A stretch of 64,000 nt of DNA from Thecamonas trahens ATCC 50062 (lineage: Eukaryota; Protista; Apusomonadida): the NCBI RefSeq assembly GCF_000142905.1, contig NW_013657659.1:398442-462441 (forward strand). Reading direction: 5' to 3'. A program made the position numbers and the translations under genes. Numbering within the stretch: the first letter of the stretch is position 1; every line of letters begins with the position of its first letter. This document shows, in pieces, positions 1 through 12,711 of this stretch. A model generated the notes under the pieces. The model worked only from the letters and a program-made list of their open reading frames with translations. It did no database searches and was not told the DNA's origin.

Positions 1-1163
1 GTCCGGGTCTGTGAGTGAGGCCTCTAGAAAGTTGCCCACACGCGAGTCAATGGTATCTGCGGCGTGGGCACGGGCAGTGAGCTTGCGGAGCGTGGCCATG
101 CGGGTACGCGACTTGTCAAAGGCAATGACGCGGCCGTCGCCGCCCATGCGGGCAACGAGATGCGAGGTCTTGTTGCCTGGAGCGGCGCAAGCGTCGATGA
201 CCGAGGCGTGCGGCGGCGGCGCTAGCAGAGCCGCCGGGAAGCACGAGGCCTTGTCCTGCAGGATGATGCCACCACCGAGGTAGACCTCGTCGTCGTGAAA
301 GTCTGTCACGGGGCAAACACGAGCATGTCGCTGAGGATGTCATCGCGAGCGACCATGCGCTTGCCCTCGTCGCTCTTGGCCATCCAGGCTGCCATGGCGA
401 CGTCGAGGCTCACCTCAACAAAGGGGTCGACAGCAAGAGTGGTGTAGTGCTCGAGAACGAGGTCGACCGAGGCGATTAGGGTGTTGACGCGGGCGTAGCG
501 CGGAATGAGCGGCATGCACCGGATGTGCTCCGGGAGCAGGTCGATGTCGGACTTGGCCTTGGCTTTGATCTTGATGCGGGCCAGCGCGGTCGAGAGGCGA
601 GACTTTGAGCCCATCAGCAGCTTCTTCACCTTGCCCCCGCCCTCGATCTTCTTCTTCCCAAACAGTAAATCGTACAGCGCGACGTACGCCACCCATCGCG
701 AGCGCTCGTTCTTGAACATGCTTGCGCGAGCCACCTCGGGCACAGCAGCCACCACCGAGGCCAGCACCGACTTCCCTGCGAGCGGCGAGTCGTCACCCCC
801 TCGTCATTGCCGCAGCCGATCATTGTCGGATTCCGAACACAGTCGCAGTGCGGCCCAATAGCCCAGCATGGTCGCAGCCACAGATCATCGACACCACACA
901 AGGCAACCGCCAGGCAATCATAGGCCAGCACAGGCAACCGAATCAACAGATCACACACACCATAAGTGACGCCCCTCCCTTGTCTCCCTCTCTTGCCCCC
1001 TCTCCTTCTCTATCGTACACTTGAGCGTCTCAAAGACGAGGGCATAGACCTTGCGGAGCGTGGCGGGCTTGTCACCCGTAGTGAGGAGAGCATTCTTGAG
1101 AGAGACCTTATGGGCATGGACCATCTGCAGCACCTTTCCCGCCTGGGTATACGCATGCGACAT
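1..1163 (-). CDS. NSUN5: NOL1/NOP2/Sun-family rRNA m5C methyltransferase (NSUN5/Rcm1), 3' end outside window; intron 776-1018; apparent 1-nt deletion at 310-313
   Basis: Exon 1 MSHAYTQAGK..VYALVFETLK, donor GTACGA, acceptor CGCAG. Exon 2 has YDLLFG and IPRYARVNTL. After the frameshift it reads TDFH..IILQDKASCFPA..VIDACAAPGNKT (SAM-binding motif I). Confidence 0.88.
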
Positions 1164-1745
1164 CTCCCCTTTTCCTCCTCTCTTCCAAGAGATGAGTGTG
1201 CTTCCTTCCCCTACGTTCTCCCTCATCCCCATCCCCATCCCCATCCCCATCTCCCCTCACCCGTCGTCCCTTGCTGTGGGATCCCTCCTCTCCCTCCCCC
1301 CGCCCCCACTGCCCTTGCTCCCATTCCCTCACCCCAGCTCACCGATCTACCTGCGCGCACCCTGCCACACACACACTCTCTCTCTCTCTTTCCCGCTGCC
1401 TCTCCCATGGCTACCATCCAACCATCCACATCGTATAACTCTTCCATCTCCATCGCTCCAACTACTTGGTCACCCACTGTGCTCCTGCTGCCGCGTCATG
1501 GACGCTCTCTGCTCGCCACCCTTGCCCACTGCCCTACACGCCCACCACCAGTCCATATCCACCCAGATTTATCCCGATCCCATCTGCACACTGCCTCCTC
1601 CTCCGATCTATCCTTCTCATCTCCATCTTCCCCGCCCATCCCGCCCCTTCAGCCCATATTGCCCTCACCCCCCCCCTCCCCTATGACTCGACTCATGCCA
1701 CAGCCACTGCCGCTCACACACGCACACACCACTCGGTCACCGATC

Positions 1746-3712
1746 ATGTTCCGCATGCTCGCCCCGCTGCAGCTAGGTATGTACACACTCGAGCAGTGTT
1801 CATGTGATGCTTGCCGTGCATACCGCCTTGCACATGCAGTCTCTTCCCCTCACTAGCGAGTGGGTCGGGGGGGGGAGAGGGGGAGGAGAGGGGGGGGGAC
1901 GGGGTGGAGGGGGGAGATGGTGATCGATGGCAGACGTCCATCCAACACCACCGGCAGAGGACGACCAGGGGATCCGTTGCGGGAAGGGGGTGGGGAGGGG
2001 GGGGGGGGGAAGGAACTCATTGGAAGAGGTTTGGAGGGAGAGTAGCAGCACGGGTGGCGCAACGAGGTGGGGTTTACGCAGCTGCGCAGGGGGCTATGAC
2101 TCGGCATTGGGCAAGTCAGACGGGGCAAGTCGGAGGGGAGCGGGCGAGTGGCGGGGCGGTGTCTGCGGCGGTGGGCGCGGTGCTGCGGGCACAATCGACG
2201 GGTGATGTGGAGGCGGCGGTAGATGCGCGGTCAGAGATTCTGTCGGGACCGTCATCAGATAGCTTGACGAGCTCACAGTGCGCCAAGCTCATTCTCAAGC
2301 TCACCAAGTTTGGCGTGTGCGAGCCTGTGCGGCACCTCTTTGCCCGCTACCATTCGCTGGTGATGGAGGAGGCAGAGCGCAAGGCGAGCGGGGCCGATGG
2401 CGGGAGCGGCGAGACGCTGGCCAAGGCCGGGCGGGTGTACGATGCCATGCTCACCATGCACTGCAAGCAGAACGATGTGGTGGGGACGGAGAGCGTGCTG
2501 GCGCAGCGGGCGGCGGCGGCGGTCCCGCTCTCGACGCAGACGTACAACACGCTGCTGTACTTTTACGGGGTGCGGAAGGAGTTTGACAAGGTGGAGGCGA
2601 CGCTGGCCGAGATGCGCGCCAAGGGCCTGCCCGAGTCGCTGACGACGTACTCGATCCGCATCAAGGGCCTGCTCTCGGTGGGCATGGCTGACGAGGCCGC
2701 CGACGTCTTTGACGCCATGGTCGCCGCCGGCCTCGAGCCGAACCGGTACATCTACCAGACGCTCATCTCGTACTTTCTCAAGCAGCACGAGTTTGACAAG
2801 GTCGACCAGCTGATGAGCGCCATGGCCGACGCCAACATCCTCCCCAACGTTGTCCTCTACACCAACATCATCGATACCTACCTCAAGGCCGACGACTTTG
2901 ACGAGGCCAAGCGGGTGTACTCGACCATGCTCGCCGAGCGGGTCAAGCCCAACGTGGCCACCTTTACTTCGTTCATCCAGGCCTACCTCAAGGCCGGCGA
3001 CATCGACTCGGCCCGGCTCATGTTCCAGAACATGCTCGACCTCGGCATTGCGCCTACGGTCCGGACCCACACCGCGTTCCTGGTGTACTACACCCGCGCC
3101 GGTGACGACGCTGCCGCCAAGGACACCCTCGACACCATTCTGGCCCTCCGCCCGTCCAAGCTCGACCGCATCGTCTACACCGCCATCATGCAGCCGCTGT
3201 ACAAGGCCGGCGAGACGAGCCAGGCCTGCGCCGTCTTTGACTCAATGTTTGCCAACCGCGTCTTCCCGGATGCCCGGCCGTACAACATGATGATGGCGCT
3301 GTACCTAAAGGACGGCGACATGGCTGCTGCCGCCGACATCCTTGACCTCATGGCCACCCACAAGCACCCGTTCAAGCTCTGGTCGCTGCTCTTTGCCGAG
3401 AAGCGCCTCGTCGCCGCCATCGACCCGGCTGTTCTCGACGCCTTTGTCCTCTCGGCGCTCTCCCGCGAGCGCGCCTACAAGCTCTCCAACCGCGACATGC
3501 GCTTCCTCGTCCGCCAGTTTGTCTTTGCCGGCATGGCCGACGCCGCAGTCCGCACCTTTGCCCAGGGCCCGGCCCTCATGGGCGCCTCGTACTCGCGCTC
3601 GACCTACAACTACCTCGCCGGCGAGCTGAACAAGGCCGGCATCCCGCTCCCGGACAAGGCCGCCATGGCGGCCGTCAACGACGACCCGCGGAGCTTTGCT
3701 ACCGCCGAGTAG
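1746..3712 (+). CDS. Pentatricopeptide-repeat (P-class PPR) protein, probably mitochondrial; predicted intron 1777-2045 (or 2048)
   Basis: About 9-10 tandem 35-aa motifs (TYNTLL..AEMRAKG, PNVVLYTNIIDTY, PNVATFTSFIQAY). Exon MFRMLAPLQL followed by a GTATGT donor splices in frame to AARVAQRGG, giving an Arg-rich, acid-free presequence. Confidence 0.88.
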
Positions 3713-3722
3713 CGAGCCTAGC

Positions 3723-5444
3723 TCACCGCACCACCGAGCTCGAGTTGATCCGCTCAAAGACCCCGCGCGGCGTGCGTGGCATCGACAGCCGCGACCGCCG
3801 CGAGCCGTTGGACTGCACAGAGAGCGGGCCGCCCGATGAGACTGCGCCCGGGCGCACCGCCGCCTCGCGGATCTGCGCCATCTGCTTGAGCCGCGCCAGC
3901 GAGACTCGGTCCGTCACCGCCGCCGCATCCGCCGACCACACCACCAAGCACGGCGTCGCCAGCCCGTCCTGGAGACATCGCGTTCCGAGCCGCAGCCGCG
4001 TCTCGGCCGCGTCGTACGGCACCGCCAACCACGGCATGCCCTCCAGCACCGAGAGGTACGCGTCCCCCGTCTCATCGAGCCCGACCATCACAAACTCGAG
4101 CTCCTTCTCACCGGCTTTCAGCTCGGCGTACACCCGCCGCAGCTCCCGAATGAACCACGCGCCGTCTGGCCCGTCGTCGATAGAGACAAACACTAGCCCG
4201 ACGTTGCTCTGCACGCCGTCGGTCGCCACCCGCTCCATTGACTCAAACTCGCGTGCGAGCTCCAGTGATGACCGCGTCACCTCGCGGAACGACGCCTGCG
4301 GCCGCAACAGCGTCCGCCGCGAGGGCGTGTCAGACGACCCGCCCAGCACCGTCGCCGGCACCGTGCCCATCGTCCGCGAGCTGACAAACGAGACACGCGA
4401 GCCGGCAGACACGTCGCGGGTGAGCAGCGGCGGGAGCACCGGTCGCCGCGGCGCCAGCGAGTGTGCCGACGGCGACCCGAGCTTGGTCAGCGTCGCGCCA
4501 GAGCCACCGGATCTAAACCCGCCTCGCGGTGACGGCATTGCTGTGCCGGCACATTCCATCTGTGAGCCGAGCCAGCGCTCGCTCCCGCCAGACGAGTCCT
4601 GCGCCAACAAGCTGTCAACGCGTACTTTGCGCGGCCGCCGTTCACCGGCCGCCAGTACCTTGGACTCGGCCGCCGCCAACGCCACCCCAGCCGGATAGCG
4701 CCAGAGCTCGGGCCCAAGCAGCCGCACGTGCGAGGCCAGCGGTGGTGGCTTGGCCTCGCTCCGCAGCGCCGCCAGCGCCCGACGGACCTTGGTAAACTGG
4801 CTGGTCTGGCTCCCCCCGCGCGCCGCAGTGCCGTCGCCGTCGGCCGCGGCATCCTCGCCCTGTGTACCGCTTCCGACTGCGGCTGAGCTCACACCAGCGC
4901 CCGCCAACACCGCCTTACCCGGCGCCGCCTTGCGCACTCCTTGTGGACGGACCTTTCTCCTTGTCCGCGAGCTCCCCGACGCCACTCTCAGCGACTCGGG
5001 AGGCCGCGGGTGATTCGGTTGGCGCAAGTGCAGCGATCCAGCGACAGACTCTACGCTGCCACCTCCAGTCCGGCCCAGACCACTCGCTACCGACCGTGGC
5101 ATCGAGGCCGTCGAATGGCGGCCCAGGCCCAGGGAGCCCGAGTGCTTTGCCAGCGACGCACTGCCGCGCATCGATCCGGAGGCGCTCCTGGTGTTCCATG
5201 CTGCGGGAGCCAGTCCATGACGTATATGATGATGACCATGTTCTCCCCAATGACCATGCCCGTGGCCATGACCATGACCATGACCATGACCATGACCATG
5301 ACTCGTCCCTCCGCCAGGCGCCACCGACCGACCTACGCTCTCAGGCACGGGTGTGCCAGCCGACGACGCCCGGGTGCTCCACCGCGACCGGCCTCCACGT
5401 AACGACGCATGCGCCCCTGTCCGCAGATGAGCCACTCCTTCCAT
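3723..5444 (-). CDS. Low-complexity protein with (HG)n tract and C-terminal nucleoredoxin/tryparedoxin-like thioredoxin fold lacking CxxC
   Basis: C-terminus VGLVFVS..ELRRVYAELK..LEFVMVGLDE..MPWLAVPYD..TPCLVV matches the nucleoredoxin-type pattern. Start codon uncertain (5444 or 5600). Confidence 0.65.
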   Translation of the reverse strand: MEGVAHLRTGAHASLRGGRSRWSTRASSAGTPVPESVGRSVAPGGGTSHGHGHGHGHGHGHGHGHWGEHGHHHIRHGLAPAAWNTRSASGSMRGSASLAKHSGSLGLGRHSTASMPRSVASGLGRTGGGSVESVAGSLHLRQPNHPRPPESLRVASGSSRTRRKVRPQGVRKAAPGKAVLAGAGVSSAAVGSGTQGEDAAADGDGTAARGGSQTSQFTKVRRALAALRSEAKPPPLASHVRLLGPELWRYPAGVALAAAESKVLAAGERRPRKVRVDSLLAQDSSGGSERWLGSQMECAGTAMPSPRGGFRSGGSGATLTKLGSPSAHSLAPRRPVLPPLLTRDVSAGSRVSFVSSRTMGTVPATVLGGSSDTPSRRTLLRPQASFREVTRSSLELAREFESMERVATDGVQSNVGLVFVSIDDGPDGAWFIRELRRVYAELKAGEKELEFVMVGLDETGDAYLSVLEGMPWLAVPYDAAETRLRLGTRCLQDGLATPCLVVWSADAAAVTDRVSLARLKQMAQIREAAVRPGAVSSGGPLSVQSNGSRRSRLSMPRTPRGVFERINSSSVVR

Positions 5445-5697
5445 GAGAAGGGAGGGGGGGGGGGGGGGAGGAGAGAGAGAGAGAGAGGTGGGCCCGGCTG
5501 GCGGGTGGTGGCTGTGGTGCAGCGGTGGTGGGGTGGTGGTGGTGGGGGGGCGGGGCGCGGCTTTGGAGGCGATGGGGGTTTGGCTACTGGCTGTGATCAT
5601 TGGCTTGGGTTGATGACGAAGTGTCGATGGCGTGCGGTGTGGGGGTTTGGTATGGGTATGGGGAGGGCAGGGGGCAGGGGAGACCGCGGGCCACTCC

Positions 5698-6807
5698 CTA
5701 CGGGCTCATCGATCCTCCATTCTCCGACTCGATGCCGGTGTCGTCGTTGGACTGAGCTTGTTGGTCGGCGAGGGTAGCAAGAAGGGCATCGATGGCAGCG
5801 GCGTCGAGTTCAACGCCGAGGTTGTCGAGCTGGGCTCGGACGGTGTCGGGGCCCGCCGTGTGCAATGAGTCTTCAGTGGCAGCCGGGACGCACTCGATGG
5901 TCTCGACGGCAGCTGGCTGCGGTGCGATGCCGGCAACGTCGGCATAGGTGCGGCAGACTGCTGGCGCGTACAGCCGCGCTACAAACCTCGCCCGTGCCAC
6001 CAAATCGACCGCCTCGAGCCGCTCAGCCTGAGCCGTTCGGTCCCAGAAGTCCAGCGACCACGGACAGGCGACAACCACAGTGGCTGCTTCGCGTCCATCC
6101 GGACCAGATAGCTCCAAGACGAGATCAAACAGTGCCGCGTCCGAAGGAGATGGCTTCCGCCGCCAACGAGCAGCATCGGCCGATGCGCTTGCGACCTCGG
6201 TGCTCGCCACCACCTTGTCATACTTGACCACACGCAGCTCCAGCGCAACCGCGCCACCACTGTCGACACGCAGAACCCACTCGGCAGCAGCAGCGGCGGG
6301 ATGGGCGTCAAGCGCGTCGGCGACAACTGCAATGTCCGCCACGTCGTAGGCCGGCGCAACCAGCGCCGCAGGCAGCATCCCGCTCCACGAGCCTTGACCA
6401 GAATCCAAGCTGACGACGTCCGCCATCATGACCGGCCCGGCATCGCCAATACCTCCGTCGCCACTGACCACGTCATGCTGTCCCCCATCGCTACGGGAGG
6501 CACCCGGCAACGAGCACAGGTGGGCCACGCCATGGTCGTCAACCATGGACACCCGTCGAGTCGGATCCCGCACCTCGCGCAGCACCTCGCCATGTCTCCG
6601 CACCATCACGTTGTAGCTCATCTGCCTGCCGTTGCCGCCACTATCGCTCCGATGAGCCAGCGGAATGGTTCTGGCCTCGGCCGAGTCGGCCGTCACCGCC
6701 ACCACCGCCACCACTGCCATCACCACCACCGCCATCACAGACAGAGAGAGCCTTGCCACATTGCTCCCTACACCTCGTCGTAGTCTATTGTGTCCAGGTG
6801 ACTGCAT
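5698..6807 (-). CDS. Secreted/ER protein, possibly a degenerate OS-9/erlectin-like MRH-domain protein
   Basis: Hydrophobic signal (LSVMAVVVMAVVAVVAV). MVDDHGVAHLCSLP and GPDGREAATVVVAC..YAPAVC..TIECVP resemble the Cys spacing of the OS-9 family. Confidence 0.45.
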   Translation of the reverse strand: MQSPGHNRLRRGVGSNVARLSLSVMAVVVMAVVAVVAVTADSAEARTIPLAHRSDSGGNGRQMSYNVMVRRHGEVLREVRDPTRRVSMVDDHGVAHLCSLPGASRSDGGQHDVVSGDGGIGDAGPVMMADVVSLDSGQGSWSGMLPAALVAPAYDVADIAVVADALDAHPAAAAAEWVLRVDSGGAVALELRVVKYDKVVASTEVASASADAARWRRKPSPSDAALFDLVLELSGPDGREAATVVVACPWSLDFWDRTAQAERLEAVDLVARARFVARLYAPAVCRTYADVAGIAPQPAAVETIECVPAATEDSLHTAGPDTVRAQLDNLGVELDAAAIDALLATLADQQAQSNDDTGIESENGGSMSP

Positions 6808-7029
6808 CTCGCGGCTTGGCACTCGCACTGAGAGCGGTGTCGTGGACGTGTGTTGCGGCGGGCTGGTTGGGGCGCTGTGGCTGGTCGTCCGCCGACTTGC
6901 TCCCCGATTGGGTCGTGGCCCACCACCACCACCACCACCACCACCACCATACCATACATCATGATCATATATCATGTTCGTGTAAAGTAAGGAAACGATG
7001 AGATCGACTCGATTTCTCTCACGCGCTAA

Positions 7030-7140
7030 AGCCGGGCGGGCCGACGAGTGACGGGCCGACGAGTGGCGGGCGGACGAGTGGCGGGCGGACCGAGTGACCG
7101 AGTGGCGGGTGACAGAGTGGCGGGCCGACGGGCGGACGGC
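7030..7140. repeat. Degenerate ~15-bp tandem repeat (GGGCCGACGAGTGGC-like) in a divergent intergenic region
   Basis: About 6-7 imperfect units directly visible. Confidence 0.7.
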
Positions 7141-7263
7141 TTGCATCCACCCAGTTTGGCGGGAAGGGACGATGACGGAAGAGGGGAGAGGGGAAGAGGG
7201 AAGGTCGGGTACACTTCACCCGTACTCGGAAGAGGAGGGGGACACGGGCTTTGGAGGAAAGCT

Positions 7264-10200
7264 ATGTCTACTCATGAGAACGAGGAGGTGGGTATGTCCA
7301 CCGAGGGTGGCGCTGGTGGTGCCGGTCGGCAGGCCGGGGACGAGAGCCAGGAAAGGGGCCAAAAGACGGGCGAGAGCCCTGCGGCTCTTCCGAAGCTTCC
7401 CTCTGCTGCTGGTGCGCTAGGCGCTGTCAAGACTTCGTTCGCTGCCAGTAAGAAGCGTAAGGTCATCTCAGAGTCGGACTCGGATGACGACGACGACGAT
7501 GACGCTGTGGCTGCTGGCCAGGTCGGCCAGGACGACGAGTTGGCAAATTTTTCGTCGCTAGCCACGGGAGCAGCGGGTGCGTCCGGGAGCAACGGTGGGC
7601 GTGCTGAAGCTGCCAGCGACGACGGGAGTGACGACGGGAGCTCGGGTAGTGGTGGTGCTGTCTCGCAGCGGCGTCCTCAAGCGCCGCAAGCTTCTGGGTG
7701 AGGGTGCAGGCGACGACGGCGCCGAGAGCGGGCGCGACTCGGCGGTCGACGCCGAGGCCGAGGCCCGGGAAATTGAGGAGCGGTTCGGCCTGTCGTCGTC
7801 GGACGACTCGTCGTATGACGAGGAAGATGAGGAGCAGCGGCGCGACGACGAGTTTGTGGTTCCGTCTGGGTTTGTGGTGGAGACTGCCGCTCAGGCGCGG
7901 GCGCTGGATCGCGAGCGCAAGCGCAAGCGGAAGGAGGCCCGCCGGCGGCGGAGAGAGCAGCGCAAGCGGTACGGGCTTCAGGCCGACCTCATGCGCGACC
8001 GTGACGAGCTGTTTGCGGCCGTGGGCGAGGATGCCGAGGAGTTTATCATCGACCCGTCGCAGTTTGGCGACGCGTTTAGCAGCCAGGCTTCGGGTGCAGC
8101 GGGCAAGCCGCTGACGGGCGCTGCCGGCGACGCAGACGAGCTTGCGGGTGTGGATCCGGAGGACCCAGAGGCAATGGCGCTGAAGGAGGCGATTGCTGCC
8201 GAACGGGCGGCACTTGAGCAGCAGAAGCTCCTTGAGTCGATGTACGAGCCCGAGGAGCTCAAGGCGCGGTACTTTACGGCGCGCGACAACGAGATCCGGC
8301 GGGAGGATCTCCCGGAACGGTTCCAGATCAAGTTTCCGGACCGGTCGATCCCGTCCGAGGAAGAGCTGCAGGACGAGACGCGGTGGATCTTCTCGTTTGT
8401 GTTTGAGCAGGAGATGATGCGACGGGCGGGGACGCGCGAGAGCCTTGTGGAGGTCATCTCGACAGTGCTCCGGCTGCTGGTTGTCGACCGGGTTGAGGTC
8501 CCGTTCATTATGATGTACCGCAAGGAGAACTGGCTGGGCATCATCTCGTCGTACGACCTGTGGCGCATCGCCGAGGCCGACGAGCGGTACTACAAGATTG
8601 CGCGGCGGAAGGCCAAGCTCCTCGAGCTGTACGAGTCGCATGGCGAGGACGTGCCCGAGGTGTGGGTGGACGACCTTCCCGGTGTGGCCGAAGAGGTCGA
8701 GATCGCGGACCGGTTTGACCAGTTTGCGCTCACCTTTGGCTACCGGTTCCAGGACGAGTCGGCGAGCGGCGGCGAGCAGCGGGCGGTCGACGCTGGCGCG
8801 GCCATCGACACGTACCAGACCTCTGCCGAGTTTGACCTTGTTGGCTCTGAGGCGCTTGCCGGGAACGGTGGCGACGAAGACGACGATGGCGACGAGGACT
8901 ACCGCGAGGGCGACGAGGACCTGCTGGAGGCTGAGCTGTTTGGAAGGCCGGGAGACGATGACGAGTTTGGGCTTGGCGGGGTGGGCGACGACGGCGTCGA
9001 GGCGCCGGCGCCGGCGCCAATGCGGATGCTGCGGCGGGCCGGACGGCGCGACCGGTACGCGCGCTACCTGCAGGCCGGTGTCGGCGAAATGGCTGCGCTG
9101 TTTGGGCTCGAGCCTGCACTGCTCGGCGAGAACGTGACGTCCGAGGCGCAGATCCACTTTGCGCAGGCACCGCTGCTTTCGCCGTACGAGGCTGCGGAAG
9201 CGTTCCTGAGCAACAACACTGCTGCGCTGTTCAAGCGGCTCGAGTCGAACCAAGCTGCGGACGCGGTGCTTGACGCAGCGCGGTTTGTGTACGCCAAGCA
9301 GATTGCGGCGGAACCGTCTGTGCGGTCCGGGCTCCGTGACCTGCTCCGGAGCGATGTGGTGGTGGACGTGGCGCCGACGGCCAAGGGCGAGCGCGAGATT
9401 GTGGGCGTCCACGAGTACGCGTCGTTCAAGCGGCTGCTCGCCAAGCCGCTGTCGTCGTTTGGCCTCGACGTGCCGGTCGACTATGACTGGGGTGCCAAGA
9501 TGGCCGACGCCGAGTCGTTTGTGCCAGAGTGGGAGGGCCAGGCGGTGGCGGCCACGCCCAAGCCAACAGACGAGTTTGTGGACCAGCTGTTCGGGTGGCT
9601 CAAGCTTCTCCGCGCCGAGCGCGAGGGCTTTGTGACGGTGACATACAAGTCGCGAAACGGTGAGGCGATCAAGGAGCGGCTGCTCTCGTTTATGCGGTTC
9701 GAAGAGGAGACGTCTGCGTCGTCGCTGTGGGCAGCGCAGAAGGAGCGCGTGGTGGGCCTTGTGGTCGACAAGTTTGTCTTTCCGTCGGTCGTGGACGAGT
9801 TTAAGCGGCGGCTGACGCGGTCAGCGGAGCGGCTGGTGCTTGCGGGCGCGCAGGAGGCGCTTGCGGAACGGGCGTTTATGCAGCCGTTCCCGCTCCTGCC
9901 GGACGCCGAGGCGTTTGAAAACCCGCACCCGTACGGCGACGAGCGCGACGACGCACGGGCGTCGCTCCCGCGCGGCATCCGGGTCATTGCTGTTGTGGCG
10001 CGGCGCGACCAACCGACGGTGGCGGCGCTTGTGGACGGGTCGGGGACGATGGTCGACTTTGTGCGCGCGTTCCGCGGCGAGAACGACAAGCTGACGCGGT
10101 TTGTGGACGCGTGCCTCCCCACGGTGGTTGTGGTGGCGACGACCGGCATGGGCGCCATTCACACCTTCCGCGATCTCTCGGGCCACGTGCAGATGCGAAT

Positions 10201-12675
10201 TGGCGAGGGCCGTCTCTCGCCGTTGACCCAGGTGGGCATGGTGGCGAACGACGTGGGCGCGATCTTTGCGGCATCGCCGCGGTCGAACAAGGAGTTTTCG
10301 GAGCACTCGCTGTCGGTGCGCGAGGCGGTTAGCCTGGGCCGGTTTGTTGTTTCGCCGCTTGCGGAGCTCGCAGGCTTGTTTACGCGGCCGGAGCCGTCGT
10401 CGGAGGCTCTGCTCCTCAAGCTGCACCCGATGCAGTGGGCGCTCAAGCGGGAGGTGCTCCTTGCGGGACTGGAGGACGTGATGGTGCGGACGGTGGCGCT
10501 TGTGGGTGCCGACGTCAACGACATGATGTATCACCCGCACTTTGCAGGCGCGCTCAAGTTTGTGGCCGGACTCGGGCACCGCAAGGCGAATGCGCTGTAT
10601 GAGACGATTGTGCGGTCGGGCGGGATCAAGGCGCGCGAGCAGCTGCTGCGCGACTTTGGCGTCGAGCCTGTGGTCTACCGCAACATGGCCGGCTTCCTCA
10701 AGATGTCCAAGCTGAGGGTGGAGACGCAGTACCTGGAGTACGAGGTCGAGGCGCTGTCTGTAGAGACGACGCGGATCCATCCCGAGTGGTACCCGCTTGC
10801 GGAGCTGCTTGCGCGCGGCGCGCTCAACATGCCGATGACGGAAACGGACGACTTTTACGACTACTGCGCAGACGTCATCAAGGATCCGGCGAGCCTGGAC
10901 GTGGTGGACTACGAGGCGCTGGCGACGCAGCTGCGTGAGAAGCGTGGCGAGGAGCTGCTGCAGCGGCTGCTTGTCATCCGCGCGGAGCTCAAGATGCCGT
11001 TCCGCGACTTGCGCGACGTGGTCAACGCCATGGGCCAGCGCATTGCGGCATGGGCGTGGCCATCGCCGGTGCAGCTCTTTGAACTCCTCACCGGGTACTC
11101 GGCGTACAACCTGCCTGCGGGCTCGGTCATGCATGGCCGGGTGGTCCGCGTCCTGGACTCTGGACGGGCCAAGGTGGTGCTCGACAACGGGGTAGTTGGG
11201 TGGCTCTCGGTGGACGAGGGCATGTACTCTGGCGGCGCGCCCGCGGTCAACGAGGGCGCAGTTGTCAAGGCATACGTGCGCGACCTGCGGTACGAGACGT
11301 ACGAGATTGAGCTCGGGCTGCAGGAGCCTGGCGAGGGCTTTATTCCGCGCGACATGTACTTTGACGCAGCCGGCGAGGCGGCGGCGGAGGCCAAGTCGCA
11401 CGAGGCCGAGTCTGCGGCGCGGCGGTATGTTTCGCGGGTCATCACGCACGCTCTGTACAAGAACGTGACGTACAGCGGCGCGGTGCGGGCGATGGAGTCG
11501 GCGCATCCCGGCGACGTCATGTTCCGGCCGTCGTCCAAGGGCGTGGACAAGCTGACGCTGACGTGGAAGGTCTCGCGTGAGCTGCTGGCACACATCGAGG
11601 TGACTGAGCTCGACAAGGACCACCAAACGGCGCTGGGCAAGCGCTTGTTTATGCGCGGCGAGGAGTTTGAGGACCTCGACGAGATCGTGGCGACGTACGT
11701 GAACCGTGTGAGCGGGAACCTCTCGCGTTTGGTGGCCAACCAGTACTTTAAGTCAAGCCTCAAGACGCCGGCCGACGCTGCGGCGTACCTGACGACGCAG
11801 AAGGAGCGCAAGCCGCGCAAAATCCCGTACGTGTTTTATCACCACCCCAAGTACCCGGGCGAGGTCGTGTCGCTTGCGTACATGCCGAACAAGCGGGCGC
11901 GTGTCGAGCGCGTCTTTATCACGCCCGACGGCTTCCGGTACCGCAACCAGGTGTTTGAGTCGCCAAACAAGCTGCTCTACCACTTTAAGAAGCACTTTAA
12001 CGAGCCGCCGCCGCAGGACGACCCGCTGCCGTCATCGGTTCCGCCCGAGCTCGCTGCCGCCGCAGCGACTGGTCCGGCGCCCATGGCGGTCGAGTCGGCT
12101 CCGCCCGCGCCCAAGCAGGATGCCCGCCTCTTCCCCACCGCCACCGCCGGCTCGTCGATGTACGCGTACTCGCAGGTCGCCGCCACTCGCGACGTGGCTC
12201 CGGCCGCCGCCGCCGCACAGGCAGCTCCGGCTGCGCCGTACGGCGACTATGGCTCGCAGCAGCAGCCGGCTTACGCCTACTCGCAGACTTCATCGGCGGC
12301 AACAACCGCCTACAGTGGCATGCAGCAGGGCTACGGTGACCAGCAGCAGGGCTACGGTGGCCAGCAGCAGGGCTACGGTGGCCAGCAGCAGGGCTACGGT
12401 GGCCAGCAGCAGGGCTACGGTGGCATGCAGCAGGGCTACGGTGGTCAGCAGGAGGGCTACGGTGGTCAGCAGGAGGGCTACGGTGGCATGCAGCAGGGCT
12501 ACGGTGGTCAGCAGCAGGGCTACGGTGGTCAGCAGCAGGGCTACGGTGGTCAGCAGGGCTACGGTGGCATGCAGCAGGGCTACGGTGATCAGCAGCAGGG
12601 CTACGGTGGTCAGCAGCAGCAGGGCTACGGTGGTCAGCAGCAGGGTTACGGTGACCCACAGCAGGGCTATGGTGG

Positions 12676-12711
<36 letters not shown>

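Noticed and set aside
304-312. TGA as selenocysteine or readthrough in NSUN5
   Set aside because: Conserved downstream motifs are in a different frame, so it is a frameshift, not readthrough.
966-1745. Pro-rich ORFs of 211-296 aa
   Set aside because: Derived from C-rich low-complexity divergent promoter sequence.
7463-11626. Long antisense ORFs (649 and 601 aa) opposite SPT6, and similar ones opposite RPT6, the kinases and the giant gene
   Set aside because: Expected shadows of GC3-rich codon usage; no recognisable motifs.
12318-12710. Regular ~21-nt repeats as a CRISPR array
   Set aside because: No unique spacers; in-frame coding repeat of SPT6 in a eukaryotic context.
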